The position numbers and the translations under genes are program-made. From Candidatus Aceula meridiana (GTDB lineage Bacteria > Omnitrophota > Gorgyraeia > Zapsychrales > Aceulaceae), in assembly GCA_030765185.1 (NCBI GenBank), contig JAVCDE010000024.1, positions 443,538 through 507,537 of the forward strand: DNA of 64,000 bases. Direction: 5' to 3'. Below, one piece after another: positions 47,888 to 57,652 of this stretch (position 1 is its first letter; the number at the start of each line of letters is the position of its first letter). The notes under the pieces were generated by a model, which was not told where the DNA came from, ran no database searches, and saw only the letters and a program-made list of their open reading frames with translations.

Positions 47888-48655
47888 TTAAACTCCTTGC
47901 ATTCTGGCTCTAGTTAAAAACTGAGTGACCCTGGGATCCTTAGAATTAGCCAGCAAATCCTTGGGGTCACCGGTCGCAATCATAGTTCTACTTTCCGCAT
48001 CAAGAAACACGGAATTATTCCCAATGGCAAAAATACTGGCAAGCTCATGCGTAACAACAATTACCGTAGCGCCTAAACCATCTCTTAAGTCAAGAATCAA
48101 GTCATCAAGCTTCCGTGCATTTATTGGGTCAAGTCCAGCAGACGGTTCATCAAAAAGAATAATATCCGGATCAAGTGCAATGGCCCGCGCAAGGCTGGCT
48201 CTTTTACGCATCCCCCCGCTTATTCCCGAGGGGAAAGAATCCACATGTCCTTCCAACCCTACTAACGAAAGTTTAAAATCTACTATTTCCTTTATTTGGC
48301 CGAAAGATAACTTTGTATAAAGCTGTAAAGGAAGCGCAACATTCTCCCCTAAAGTTAAAGAACTCCATAGCGCTCCGCTTTGATAAAGAACTCCAAAACG
48401 CCGCATAATATCATGTTGCCCTTTTTCATCCTCATCCCAAAAACTTTTTCCGGAGTATAAAACCTTACCCTTCGTCGGAGATTTAAGGCCGATCAAGCTC
48501 TTAAGCAAAGTGCTCTTTCCGCATCCGCTGACCCCCATGACAATAAATATATCGCCTTTATTCACACTGAAACTAATATTACTCATCACCGGATTATCGT
48601 TATACCCTAGATCAAGATCCTGCACTTCAACGATTGGCATCTCTGTTAAATTCAT
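47888..48655 (-). CDS. ABC transporter ATP-binding protein (MlaF-like)
   Basis: Walker A GVSGCGKST, signature LSGGMRKR, Walker B ILFDEP. Confidence 0.85.
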   Translation of the reverse strand: MNLTEMPIVEVQDLDLGYNDNPVMSNISFSVNKGDIFIVMGVSGCGKSTLLKSLIGLKSPTKGKVLYSGKSFWDEDEKGQHDIMRRFGVLYQSGALWSSLTLGENVALPLQLYTKLSFGQIKEIVDFKLSLVGLEGHVDSFPSGISGGMRKRASLARAIALDPDIILFDEPSAGLDPINARKLDDLILDLRDGLGATVIVVTHELASIFAIGNNSVFLDAESRTMIATGDPKDLLANSKDPRVTQFLTRARMQGV

Positions 48656-48658
48656 AAT

Positions 48659-49786
48659 TTACACTCCCAAAACCTGACAAATAAAGGTGATGATGGCAGT
48701 TGCAAAAACAATACCCGTTATTCCAGTAACCACTGCCGAGGTAGTTGCCTTTCCCACGCCGGCTGCGTTCCTTTCACACTCAAGACCGCGCAGACATCCG
48801 GCAAATGCAACAATCACGCCAAAAACAATACTGTGAATAAGGCCAATCCACACATAACTAAGCTTTACAGCCGTTTGAGTATGATTCAAATATTCTACCG
48901 GATTTAGCTTAAGCATCCCCGTGCTAATAATAAAACCACCGAATACGCCCATAAGATCCGCATAGATGGTTAAGATTGGCATCATAATGACTAATGCCAA
49001 AACACGCGGTACAACCAAAAACTCAACAGGAGAAACACCTAAAGTTTTCAGCGCATCAACTTCCTCGTTCGCCTGCATCATCCCCAGTTCCGCCGCGAAA
49101 GACGCCCCGATGCGTCCAGACACAATAATACCGGTCATCACCGCTGCCAATACGCGCACCATGGAGATTCCGACGATATCGGCAATAAAAACTTGAGCCC
49201 CAAGCATTTTAAGTTGTATCGACCCAACAAAGGCAAGGATCATGCCGACTAATAAACTTATCAAAGAAACAAGCAACAAGGTATCGACTCCGCATTTCTG
49301 CACAATGAGAAGAAAATCATCCCAGCGAAAATATACTTTTCCTGCAATCAGACGGATAAAAGAAGCGACGATATCCCCTAAGAAATCAAGCCCTGACGCT
49401 AAGCTTTCCCTGATTTGCAAAACTTTTTCTCCGCATTTCTCAAAAAATGATGCATGAGAAATTTTAGACAAAACTCTTTCTTCATGTACTTTTAAAGCAA
49501 GCGAGAGAAGTTTTTGAGCCCCCTGCGGTAAGTTTTCGCGAACGACAGAAATCTTCCTCTGCTCACACTCCTTGGTCAACTTAAGTAAAAAAGCGATAAG
49601 CCCACTATCCCACTTTAGATCTTCGGAAACATTTATATTGACTTCTGTGACATCAGAATGGCTGGTGAGTTGCGAGGTAACCTCATTTACCGACAGGAGG
49701 CCCGCGGAAATCTGCCAATCTCCGCTTAATTTAATAAAAAGGGTTTTGGGTATTGAATAATCAAGGACAATCTTTTCCGATAGCAT
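48659..49786 (-). CDS. MlaE-like ABC permease with N-terminal STAS (MlaB-like) domain fusion
   Basis: About 110-aa N-terminal STAS-like region followed by the MlaE permease core. Confidence 0.7.
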   Translation of the reverse strand: MLSEKIVLDYSIPKTLFIKLSGDWQISAGLLSVNEVTSQLTSHSDVTEVNINVSEDLKWDSGLIAFLLKLTKECEQRKISVVRENLPQGAQKLLSLALKVHEERVLSKISHASFFEKCGEKVLQIRESLASGLDFLGDIVASFIRLIAGKVYFRWDDFLLIVQKCGVDTLLLVSLISLLVGMILAFVGSIQLKMLGAQVFIADIVGISMVRVLAAVMTGIIVSGRIGASFAAELGMMQANEEVDALKTLGVSPVEFLVVPRVLALVIMMPILTIYADLMGVFGGFIISTGMLKLNPVEYLNHTQTAVKLSYVWIGLIHSIVFGVIVAFAGCLRGLECERNAAGVGKATTSAVVTGITGIVFATAIITFICQVLGV

Positions 49787-49897
49787 GGTACCTTTATAGC
49801 AGCTACTAGAATAAAAGCAATTGTACCTGGGTATAATACCGGCTTTTTAAGAAAACTTTGGAAAAGATATTTTGGAAAAGAATGGACTAAGGAATGT

Positions 49898-50522
49898 TTA
49901 TTCTTTGGAAGAGACAAGCCCGACTTTTTTGGCAAAACCGATGAGTTCGGTAATAGTCTTGGCTTGCATTTTCTGCATGACACGAGAACGGTGAACTTTG
50001 ATTGTTTGTAGGGCTGTCCCTAATTTTCGGGCAACCTGCTTACTCAACATCCCCGTGGCCACTAAACGGAAAACTTCAAGTTCTCTAGGCGAAAGAGTTT
50101 TGATGCGACGCCATATTTTATCAATTTCGGCTTGTTCTTTGTTTATAATTTTATCTCTTGCAATCGCACGATCGATAGCCTCCAGCAGATCTTTATCAGT
50201 GAAAGGTTTGGGTAGGAAATCTACGGCCCCCCCTCATCGCTTTCACGCTTTTGGGAATACTCCCGTGTCCTGAAATGAAAATAATAGGAATGGTGAGGCC
50301 TCGCACCTTCAATGCTTCCTGAAGAGCAAGTCCATCCATATGCGGAAGACGTAAGTCCAAGATCAAGCAAGAGGTAACTTTTGGATGTTTAAAAGCCAAA
50401 AAATCTGCTGCGCTTGAAAACGCCTCGACAATAAACCCGTGTGCTTTCAACAATAACTTCAAGGCCCGGCGCACAGAAAGATCATCATCAACAACATAAA
50501 TAATAAGATTACGATTGGTCAT
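49898..50522 (-). pseudogene. NarL/FixJ-family response regulator (receiver plus LuxR HTH) disrupted by a frameshift in a C7 (G7 on the coding strand) homopolymer
   Basis: Receiver domain 50196..50522 ends at ...KAMRGG then stops. Removing one G from GGGGGGG at 50228..50234 restores AVDFLPKPFTDKDLLEAIDRAIA...LSPRELEVFRLVATGMLSKQVARKLGTALQTIKVHRSRVMQKM, a LuxR HTH, ending at 49898. Confidence 0.6.
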
Positions 50523-51916
50523 AACGCATCCTTTATCCCTGTGCTTTTCGCAGATATCACAGGAATAGTGAAATAAAAAGTCGCGCCACGATCAGGATTA
50601 TTCTTAGCTTCTAAACGTCCACCATGAGCTTCAACAATAGAACGGCTGATAGACAACCCCATACCCAAGCCATCAAGCTTGCTGGTAAAAAAGTGTTTAA
50701 AGAGCTTTTTCATGTTCTCTACCGGAATGCCACATCCGGAATCCTCGAGTTCCACCATAATCGTATTAGAATTCTTACGCGATGTGCGAATCATGAGTTG
50801 ACGAGATTCATCGCGAGATTCCATCGCGTCCAAACTGTTACTTATCAGATTCAGAAGAACCTGTTGCAATTGGATTCGATCACCGCGTATAAGAGGAAGC
50901 TTCTTAGCTAACTCAACTTTAACGACCTTATTCCTTACAGTAACATCTGTCGTAATAAGAACAACCGTTTCATTAACAATCGCGTTCATATCAAGAGGCT
51001 TAAATTCAGGATCGCTTTTCTTCAATAAAGACCTAAGCCGCCGGATGACCTCCGACGCCCGCTGGTCATCATTAACGATGTATTGTAAGATTTCTTGGAG
51101 CTGAGGTTCCCTTCCTGCAAACATGCGTTGTGCAGCTTGAGTGTACGAAAGAATGGCCGTTAAGGGCTGGCTGATTTCATGAGCGAGGGATGAAACAAAT
51201 TCGGCAAGTTTTCCCACTCTCGTGACATGCAAAAGGTCTTCACGTTGTTCTTTGATTTCTAAATCCTTCTGTCGCATGGATGTAACATCCGTCTGAATCC
51301 CCGCATAATGGGTAACGATGCCGTTTGCATCACGAACAGGAGCAATGCGCAGGTAATTCCAGAAATTCTCTCCGTTTTTCCGAAAATTAAGCATCTCTCC
51401 ATGAAAAGATTTGTCCTGATGTAAAGTGTTTTTTATTTCTTCAGCGATTCTCGGGTCAGCAGCAGCTCCGTAAAGCAAAAAGTAGTTTTGCCCGACGATG
51501 TCTTTCTTGGGCATACCTATCATCATATGGAATGCTTGATTGGAGTAAATAATCGGAAAATCAGTCTTTTGAGCATCGATAATAAAAATGCCATCCGATA
51601 CCGAGTCCATGACCTTGGTGCGAATGTAGACCTGCTCTTCTGATAGTTTTTCTTTGTCGATCCATGCTTTTATTTGTCCATTCTTAATTTTTAGCTCATC
51701 CGCCTGGTGGCTGACCATCGTGGTTAGATCATTATGCGTTTTATCTTTATCAGAAACCCGCCTAGAACAATGCTGACGATCCTCATTGCCAGATTTTTTC
51801 TCCAAAATCGGCTTTTTTGCTTTCTTTTGCCCACTAGCACTCGATTTTTTCTTACTCTTTTTCAAACTCTGTAGCTTTCGCTTGGAATCAGTAATTTTCT
51901 TAGAGGATGTTTTCAT
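50519..51916 (-). CDS. PAS-domain sensor histidine kinase
   Basis: HisKA H-box LAHEISQPLTAI and HATPase_c G-boxes (DSGCGIP, GLGMGLSI). Overlaps the response regulator start. Confidence 0.8.
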   Translation of the reverse strand: MKTSSKKITDSKRKLQSLKKSKKKSSASGQKKAKKPILEKKSGNEDRQHCSRRVSDKDKTHNDLTTMVSHQADELKIKNGQIKAWIDKEKLSEEQVYIRTKVMDSVSDGIFIIDAQKTDFPIIYSNQAFHMMIGMPKKDIVGQNYFLLYGAAADPRIAEEIKNTLHQDKSFHGEMLNFRKNGENFWNYLRIAPVRDANGIVTHYAGIQTDVTSMRQKDLEIKEQREDLLHVTRVGKLAEFVSSLAHEISQPLTAILSYTQAAQRMFAGREPQLQEILQYIVNDDQRASEVIRRLRSLLKKSDPEFKPLDMNAIVNETVVLITTDVTVRNKVVKVELAKKLPLIRGDRIQLQQVLLNLISNSLDAMESRDESRQLMIRTSRKNSNTIMVELEDSGCGIPVENMKKLFKHFFTSKLDGLGMGLSISRSIVEAHGGRLEAKNNPDRGATFYFTIPVISAKSTGIKDAL

Positions 51917-52544
51917 TTTTGATTCTTCTAATTCACTAGAATTGATATTTTAAATTATAACTCTGCGAATAAAATTATACAACTTATTATAAAAAACATG
52001 AATTATCTGAAAATTGAACCGAAATGCTTTCAAGCCTGATCAAATGGGGTTATGGAGTCCCACGACTAAAGTCGTGGTCCCTTCTAATGACCCGGCTTCA
52101 CTCCAAAGCTTCCCCCTGAACCATGTGCAAGCTTAGGTGTAGGGTTCGCTTGGGAGCTTCGCAGGGTTATCCATCCAGAAAAAGGCGAACATCCTCCGAA
52201 GCAGAAAATGCCTTATATTTTATTCACATACACCCACGGGCAATCCCGTGATTTTCTGCGAAGGATGGATAAGAACTGACTTTTTCAATGCCCAGATCAA
52301 CAAGCCCGCCCTTAATTAAAAGGCGGGCGCCATTTATACCAAACATGAAATGCCGTGGTATCAACAAAGATTTAAACCTTAAGTATTTGTGCCTGAGCAA
52401 CCAACGTCTTAAACGTTCGCCTAGATTTTACTTAACTCTCTTCTAGTCTTTCTCTATGATGTCTACATTGAACGGACAGATTGTTTTTGGCAAACTATCA
52501 TCACCTTGCGAAAATCAAAAACGTGCTTCAAGCCTTTTAATTTT
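51917..52544. other. ORF-free, highly structured intergenic block (candidate ncRNA or long leader)
   Basis: No ORF of 60 aa or more on either strand over about 630 nt. Nested stems TTATCCATCC(52166-75)/GGATGGATAA(52262-71), GCAGAAAAT/ATTTTCTGC, CACGGG/CCCGTG, GCCCGC..GCGGGC. Confidence 0.3.
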
Positions 52545-54908
52545 TTAACTCTTGTTAGATATTCTATCAAGAAGAAACTCTATGTGTTTCATATCAAAAA
52601 TTAATATTTCAAGAAAAACAAAAACAAAAACAATACTCATCACAAGACAAAACATGAAAATAAAAATATTCAAGCTTGATCTCAAGCCGTCATAAAAAAA
52701 GAAACGCACAAGACTTTTGCCCTTCCCGACATGAACTGCTTTAAAAGCCAAGTAGGCCTCATAAATATTCACCTTTTTCCCATTGACAGTCGCATGCCAT
52801 CCCGGATGAAACGCATCCGCATAAACAAGCCAAGCTCCTGCCTCATCGACGACGTTCGTTTCTATTGTTATCTCATTTGAGCTAAATTTTATTACCTTAA
52901 TGTTCTGCCTAATCTCCGAATTCGATTTGCTATTTGCCGTAGAACGCGTTCTTTCATCCACTCCTCTCAGTATGACAGTATTTTCTAAGTCATGATGTTC
53001 TTGAATTTGTTTTCTCGCGTCCTCGATCGTATCGCAAAAGGCTGCCCTGGAAACAAGCCGTAATTTTGGATGATGCCATCCTAGTATTTTACGAAAAGAA
53101 GGATTCGAGGGGTTTGAGATCTTCAGCAACCTATCGACCCTTTCAGACAAAAAATATGCTTTGCTTTGATCAACAACCATGCAACGGTCAATTTGAATAA
53201 AATTACTATCCTGTTGATACGGCCCTCCAAACCCTTCTTTGCGCCTCATCAGTTTCTGAGCTTTTTTTTGTCTTTCAAGAAACGGCTCCAGGACCCGCGC
53301 TTCCTGAAACTGGGGCTGATTAACCTCAACACTTTCTAACAATATTTGGTTGGTCCTTAAAAATTTTGGAGCATTGTGATACGCTGTCCACTGAAAAGAA
53401 AAAAGATCCAAGCAAAAAGGAATAGTCAAAGATAGGACAATAAGACCATAAATAAAACTATCTTTCTTTTCTCTGCCGATTCCTTTTTTCTTAGAAATAA
53501 AATTTGTTATTACTGCCATTATAAAAAGAAAGGAAAAGGAAAGAAAATACCTCCCTACGGTGGGAATGAACTCTCTTAAACCTTCCGGCATTAAATTCAT
53601 TGCTTTAAGCTTTTCAACCACAGGCGGATCCAGCAAGCTAATCAGTACATATCTTGATATCGAAAGAACGTCAAATACAAATACAAAAACCGCCAAAATA
53701 ATGAAAAAATATCCCAGCTTTTCTCTTGCCCTCACTTTCCAAAAATAATCCAGCCCGAAACCCGCACAAATCAAAATTAAAATTTTTATAATTCCGTAAA
53801 CAAAACCAATGTGTCGATAGAGATGCATTGCGGGAAAGAAATACACGCCTGCCGAAAAAAATCCCCCGAAAGAAAACCAAAAAACAGAAATAAGAACGCT
53901 AAGAAATGCCAAAAATAAAATATTTCTCACTTTCAGCAAAGACCAGACAAAAAAGACCAGCGGCAACAATCCTATATAAACGGTGCTGTTAAATTTTCCC
54001 GTTGAAGATAAGAACAAAGAGCCCTGAAAAAAGAAGTGCTGAATAATGTCTTTAAGCTGTGCCGGGCCGCCATAATTTAGAAATGTAAAAAGAGAAGTCG
54101 TGCCGGTGGCAAAGTCTCGCTGGGTCAAGTAGAGCGAGGTTTCATGCGATATCATCTTTCCACAAAGAATGCAAGCAACTGAGATAACGACAAAAGATAA
54201 AAATAAAAAAATATTAGAAAAAGATTTTAAAAAAAGACAGCGCCAAAAACGTTTATACTTCAGGCATAATACAACGAAAAAAACAAAAAGAAGAAAAAGC
54301 CATAATCCTACAAAATACAAAACCGTCCCCCCAACCCAGGCGCTGAGCATAACTATGCCGCTGATCCATAAGAATTCCGGACGTTCTTTCTTGAAAAACA
54401 AGACGATAAAATAAAATGCCCAGGGAAGCAGGTAATAAATATAAAAATTGAATTCTATCTGGGAAAACCAAACCGTGCTCATGGTTGCGCCCAGGCAGGT
54501 TAGAAACGCGGTGCTCCTTCGCGAATAAATCAAGCGCGAAAGCAAATACATGCCTGATAAAAATACCATCTGATTAGCTAAAATCGAAAGCTTAAAAATA
54601 AACAGAGCACTTTTTATTTTTAAGAAAAAGCCAATAAGGGCCGCGAGATACCCCATGGGCGTCACATTATGAATCTGCAGTAATGTCCCGGGAAACCCAT
54701 AGCTGTGAAAGGGCAACCACAAGGCTAGGTCTTTATTAAAGAATAATTCGCTATAAAAATAATGAAACACACCAAAAATGGTCTGCGTGTCATGCAGGGG
54801 GAAAAAATGCTTTTGGAAATACGGATAATTAAAGACCAACAAGAAGGATACAAGGATTAAAAAGTCACACTTTTTAAAATAGCGATATAATAATTTAAAA
54901 TTCCTCAA
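52545..54908 (-). CDS. YfhO-like polytopic membrane glycosyltransferase (GT-C fold), second copy
   Basis: 787 aa, more than 12 TM plus C-terminal soluble domain. Directly downstream of a GtrB-like GT2. Confidence 0.55.
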   Translation of the reverse strand: MRNFKLLYRYFKKCDFLILVSFLLVFNYPYFQKHFFPLHDTQTIFGVFHYFYSELFFNKDLALWLPFHSYGFPGTLLQIHNVTPMGYLAALIGFFLKIKSALFIFKLSILANQMVFLSGMYLLSRLIYSRRSTAFLTCLGATMSTVWFSQIEFNFYIYYLLPWAFYFIVLFFKKERPEFLWISGIVMLSAWVGGTVLYFVGLWLFLLFVFFVVLCLKYKRFWRCLFLKSFSNIFLFLSFVVISVACILCGKMISHETSLYLTQRDFATGTTSLFTFLNYGGPAQLKDIIQHFFFQGSLFLSSTGKFNSTVYIGLLPLVFFVWSLLKVRNILFLAFLSVLISVFWFSFGGFFSAGVYFFPAMHLYRHIGFVYGIIKILILICAGFGLDYFWKVRAREKLGYFFIILAVFVFVFDVLSISRYVLISLLDPPVVEKLKAMNLMPEGLREFIPTVGRYFLSFSFLFIMAVITNFISKKKGIGREKKDSFIYGLIVLSLTIPFCLDLFSFQWTAYHNAPKFLRTNQILLESVEVNQPQFQEARVLEPFLERQKKAQKLMRRKEGFGGPYQQDSNFIQIDRCMVVDQSKAYFLSERVDRLLKISNPSNPSFRKILGWHHPKLRLVSRAAFCDTIEDARKQIQEHHDLENTVILRGVDERTRSTANSKSNSEIRQNIKVIKFSSNEITIETNVVDEAGAWLVYADAFHPGWHATVNGKKVNIYEAYLAFKAVHVGKGKSLVRFFFYDGLRSSLNIFIFMFCLVMSIVFVFVFLEILIFDMKHIEFLLDRISNKS

Positions 54909-54928
54909 AAAAATTCTCCCTTAAAAAT

Positions 54929-55885
54929 CTACTTATCAAAATTTATCCTCTCTCTTTCGATCACGAGGGGTCGTTTTCTTACCTGAAAATGAATAGCGCA
55001 GATATATTCGCCCAAAATACCCAAAAAAACAAGCTGAATCCCTGAAAGGAAAAACAGTGCGACAATCAGCGTCGGAATTCCAGACGGAGCGTTTCCACCA
55101 TTAAAAAACAAAACCGTAATCAAAGAAAAGATTGCATACACAATAGATGCAAAAGAAATAAACAGCCCGGCGATGATGGCCACTCTCATAGGCAAAAAAG
55201 AAAAAGAAATGAGGTCGTTGAGGCCTTCGTCAAAAAGATGATAAAAAGTGTTTTTAGACATCCCCTTCTTCCTCTTTCTCCACTCCAGATCAACACCGAT
55301 AGATTTAAACCCACAGCTGGCAATCATTCCCCTGATGCTCGGATAATAATCATCAAATTGCTTTAAGGCCTGCAGAACTTTCTTGTCAATAAGCTGAAAG
55401 GCGTTGGCATGAAACGGAATGCTGATATATGAAAATTTACGAACGATATGGTAGTAGAAATTTCTTATCATTCTCATTATAATGTTTTCCCTGCGTACTT
55501 TTCTTACGCCAAAAACGACCTCATAACCCTCTTCCCATTTCTTTACAAATTCAATAATGGCCTCCGGGGGATCCTGCAAATCCGCGGCCAGCAAAACAAC
55601 AACGGCATCCCCCGAAGCGTTCATCAGCCCGTTAAAGGTCGATCGAAGGATTCCAAAATTCCTTGAATTAATAATTACTTTAATATTTTTGTCTTTTTGA
55701 GAAATTTCTCTGAGAGCGTTTACCGTATTATCCGTCGATCCATTATCGCAAAAAATATGCTCATATTCATATTGCGCGAGTTCCTCTTTGAATATTAACT
55801 GTACTTTTTCATAGCAATCAAAGATATTTGATTCTTCGTTAAAAACCGGAGTAATCACGCTTATAAATTTTTTTTCGCTTTCCAT
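54929..55885 (-). CDS. polyprenyl-phosphate glycosyltransferase (GtrB/ArnC-like GT2 with two C-terminal TM helices)
   Basis: ISVITPVFNEESNI and DNGSTDNT motifs. Two C-terminal TM segments. Confidence 0.8.
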   Translation of the reverse strand: MESEKKFISVITPVFNEESNIFDCYEKVQLIFKEELAQYEYEHIFCDNGSTDNTVNALREISQKDKNIKVIINSRNFGILRSTFNGLMNASGDAVVVLLAADLQDPPEAIIEFVKKWEEGYEVVFGVRKVRRENIIMRMIRNFYYHIVRKFSYISIPFHANAFQLIDKKVLQALKQFDDYYPSIRGMIASCGFKSIGVDLEWRKRKKGMSKNTFYHLFDEGLNDLISFSFLPMRVAIIAGLFISFASIVYAIFSLITVLFFNGGNAPSGIPTLIVALFFLSGIQLVFLGILGEYICAIHFQVRKRPLVIERERINFDK

Positions 55886-55905
55886 TATAGTCCCACGCTT
55901 TCTAT

Positions 55906-56820
55906 TTATTTACACATCGTTAATGCCGTCTGAACAATATTTTCATCCGAGATACCTTGTCGACGGCAAAGGTACTCCTGGCTTCCGGAAACATCAATTT
56001 CATTTTGCCTTAAATAAAGGCAAACAAATTTCAAAGGCTTTCCCGCCATTGCCAAGACTTCTGATACCACAGCAGCCAAGCCGCCTGCACCATGCTCTTC
56101 TATTGTCATAACTCTTCCCGTTGCCAAGGCCCACTTGAGTAACGACTCCTTGTCTAGAGGTGAGAGTGTGTGCATGCTCAAAACCGTGGCGCTGATGTTT
56201 TTACGTTTTAGCTCTTGCGCGGCCTTCACGGTTTTTTCCAATACGCCCCCTGTGCTAATCAACGTTATATCCGAGCCTTCGCTCAATATAAGGGCTTTGC
56301 CAATTTGAAATTCTGGCTCGTTTTCATATACTTTTAATTCCTGTGTTTTACCCAGCCTTAAATAACATGGCCCCCTCTGCCTGAGAATGTCCCGTAGCGC
56401 TAATCTGGTCTCCACGGGGTCTCCCGGAGCGATCACCGTCAAGCCGGGCAAAACGCGCATGACTGCCAAATCTTCCAGGCCGTAATGAGAATAGCCCTGG
56501 CTTCCATATGACAATCCGCCCCCGACCGAAACTATGGTAACCGGCAAGGAATGATAGCAGATATCATTTCGTATCTGCTCGAAACATCTTAAAGTCGGAA
56601 AATTGGCAATTGAATAAATAAAAACACGGTATCCTTCGTAGGCAAGGCCGGCCGCCACTCCTGCCATATTTTGTTCGGCGATTCCCGCATTTAAAAATCT
56701 TTCCGGAAACTCTTCCACAAACGGCTCAATCACGGAAAAGCCTAAGTCTCCGACGATAAGAAATATATCGGGATGAATCCGCGCCTGGGCAACAAGCTCC
56801 TGAATAAACGCCTTACGCAT
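55906..56820 (-). CDS. transketolase C-terminal-section subunit
   Basis: FLNAGIAEQNMAGVAAGLAYEGYRVF Pyr-domain plus TK C-terminal domain. 304 aa. Confidence 0.8.
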   Translation of the reverse strand: MRKAFIQELVAQARIHPDIFLIVGDLGFSVIEPFVEEFPERFLNAGIAEQNMAGVAAGLAYEGYRVFIYSIANFPTLRCFEQIRNDICYHSLPVTIVSVGGGLSYGSQGYSHYGLEDLAVMRVLPGLTVIAPGDPVETRLALRDILRQRGPCYLRLGKTQELKVYENEPEFQIGKALILSEGSDITLISTGGVLEKTVKAAQELKRKNISATVLSMHTLSPLDKESLLKWALATGRVMTIEEHGAGGLAAVVSEVLAMAGKPLKFVCLYLRQNEIDVSGSQEYLCRRQGISDENIVQTALTMCK

Positions 56821-57652
56821 GGCTTCCTTTTTTTAACTTTGCAATCGCCAGATCAAGCTGTTGGGCATTCGGCGATCTATAATGCCATTCAAGTTTGTTT
56901 TCCATAAAATCAACCCCTTTGCCTTTCACTGTATTTGCAATAAGGCAAGATGGACTACCCTTATGCCAAGGTGCCGACGAAAGGCTTTTATAAATTTGAT
57001 CATGATCATGGCCGTCAATGTCCCGAACAGACCAACGGAATGATTTTAATTTTTCCCCTAAAGGCTCTAATCCCAAAATATCTGACACCTGCCCCAGGGC
57101 CTGCATTTTATTATAATCAATCACCGCAATTAAATTATCTAAGCGATGGTGCGCCGCGAATAAAAAAGCCTCCCAATTTGACCCTTCCTCCATTTCTCCG
57201 TCGCTTAGTATGACAAAAACGCGCCAATTTTTACCTTTTCGTTTTGCCGCGAGGGCCATGCCGCAAGCAAATGGCAACCCATGACCGAGAGACCCTGTAG
57301 AAAATTCTACTCCTGGTACTTTCCTATCTGAATGAGTTAGAAAATAAGACCCGTCTTGACCGAAGCCTTCCAGCTCTTCTTCCGGAAAAAATCCTCGATA
57401 TGACAGCGCGGCATACAAAGAGGCGCAGGCATGTCCTTTGCTAAAAATAAGACGGTCTCTCGCATCCCAAAGCGGGTTTTTGGGATCAATATTTAAAACC
57501 CTCGAATACAATACGGCAAGCAAATCGGCAACCGAAAGGGCTCCACCGATGTGCGAAGATTTAGCGGCATGCACCATCTGCAAAGATTTTATTCTAATTT
57601 TTAACGCAAAGAGGTGAGAATCCAGATAATTTTCGAAGTCTCTATTTATCAT
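56813..57652 (-). CDS. transketolase N-terminal-section subunit (TPP-binding)
   Basis: GSLGHGLPFACGMALA and ILSDGEMEEGSNWEA. Confidence 0.8.
   Translation of the reverse strand: MINRDFENYLDSHLFALKIRIKSLQMVHAAKSSHIGGALSVADLLAVLYSRVLNIDPKNPLWDARDRLIFSKGHACASLYAALSYRGFFPEEELEGFGQDGSYFLTHSDRKVPGVEFSTGSLGHGLPFACGMALAAKRKGKNWRVFVILSDGEMEEGSNWEAFLFAAHHRLDNLIAVIDYNKMQALGQVSDILGLEPLGEKLKSFRWSVRDIDGHDHDQIYKSLSSAPWHKGSPSCLIANTVKGKGVDFMENKLEWHYRSPNAQQLDLAIAKLKKGSHA

Noticed and set aside
49726-50273. ORFs 49726..49983 (-) and 49998..50273 (+)
   Set aside because: They overlap the frameshifted response-regulator HTH region. They are explained by the restored LuxR reading frame.
52281-52300. TPP-riboswitch-like UGAUCUGG motif on the minus strand
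   Set aside because: Only the 8-nt core matches. The CUGAGA pyrimidine-sensor helix and the UAAUGCCAGCG segment are absent.
52040-52330. Possible tmRNA, RNase P RNA or SRP RNA in the structured spacer
   Set aside because: There is no tag-peptide reading frame ending in ALAA-stop and no 3' CCA acceptor context. The RNase P GGAAAGUCCGG and ACAGAAACCCGGCUUA boxes are absent, and the SRP GGAAGCAGCC motif is absent.
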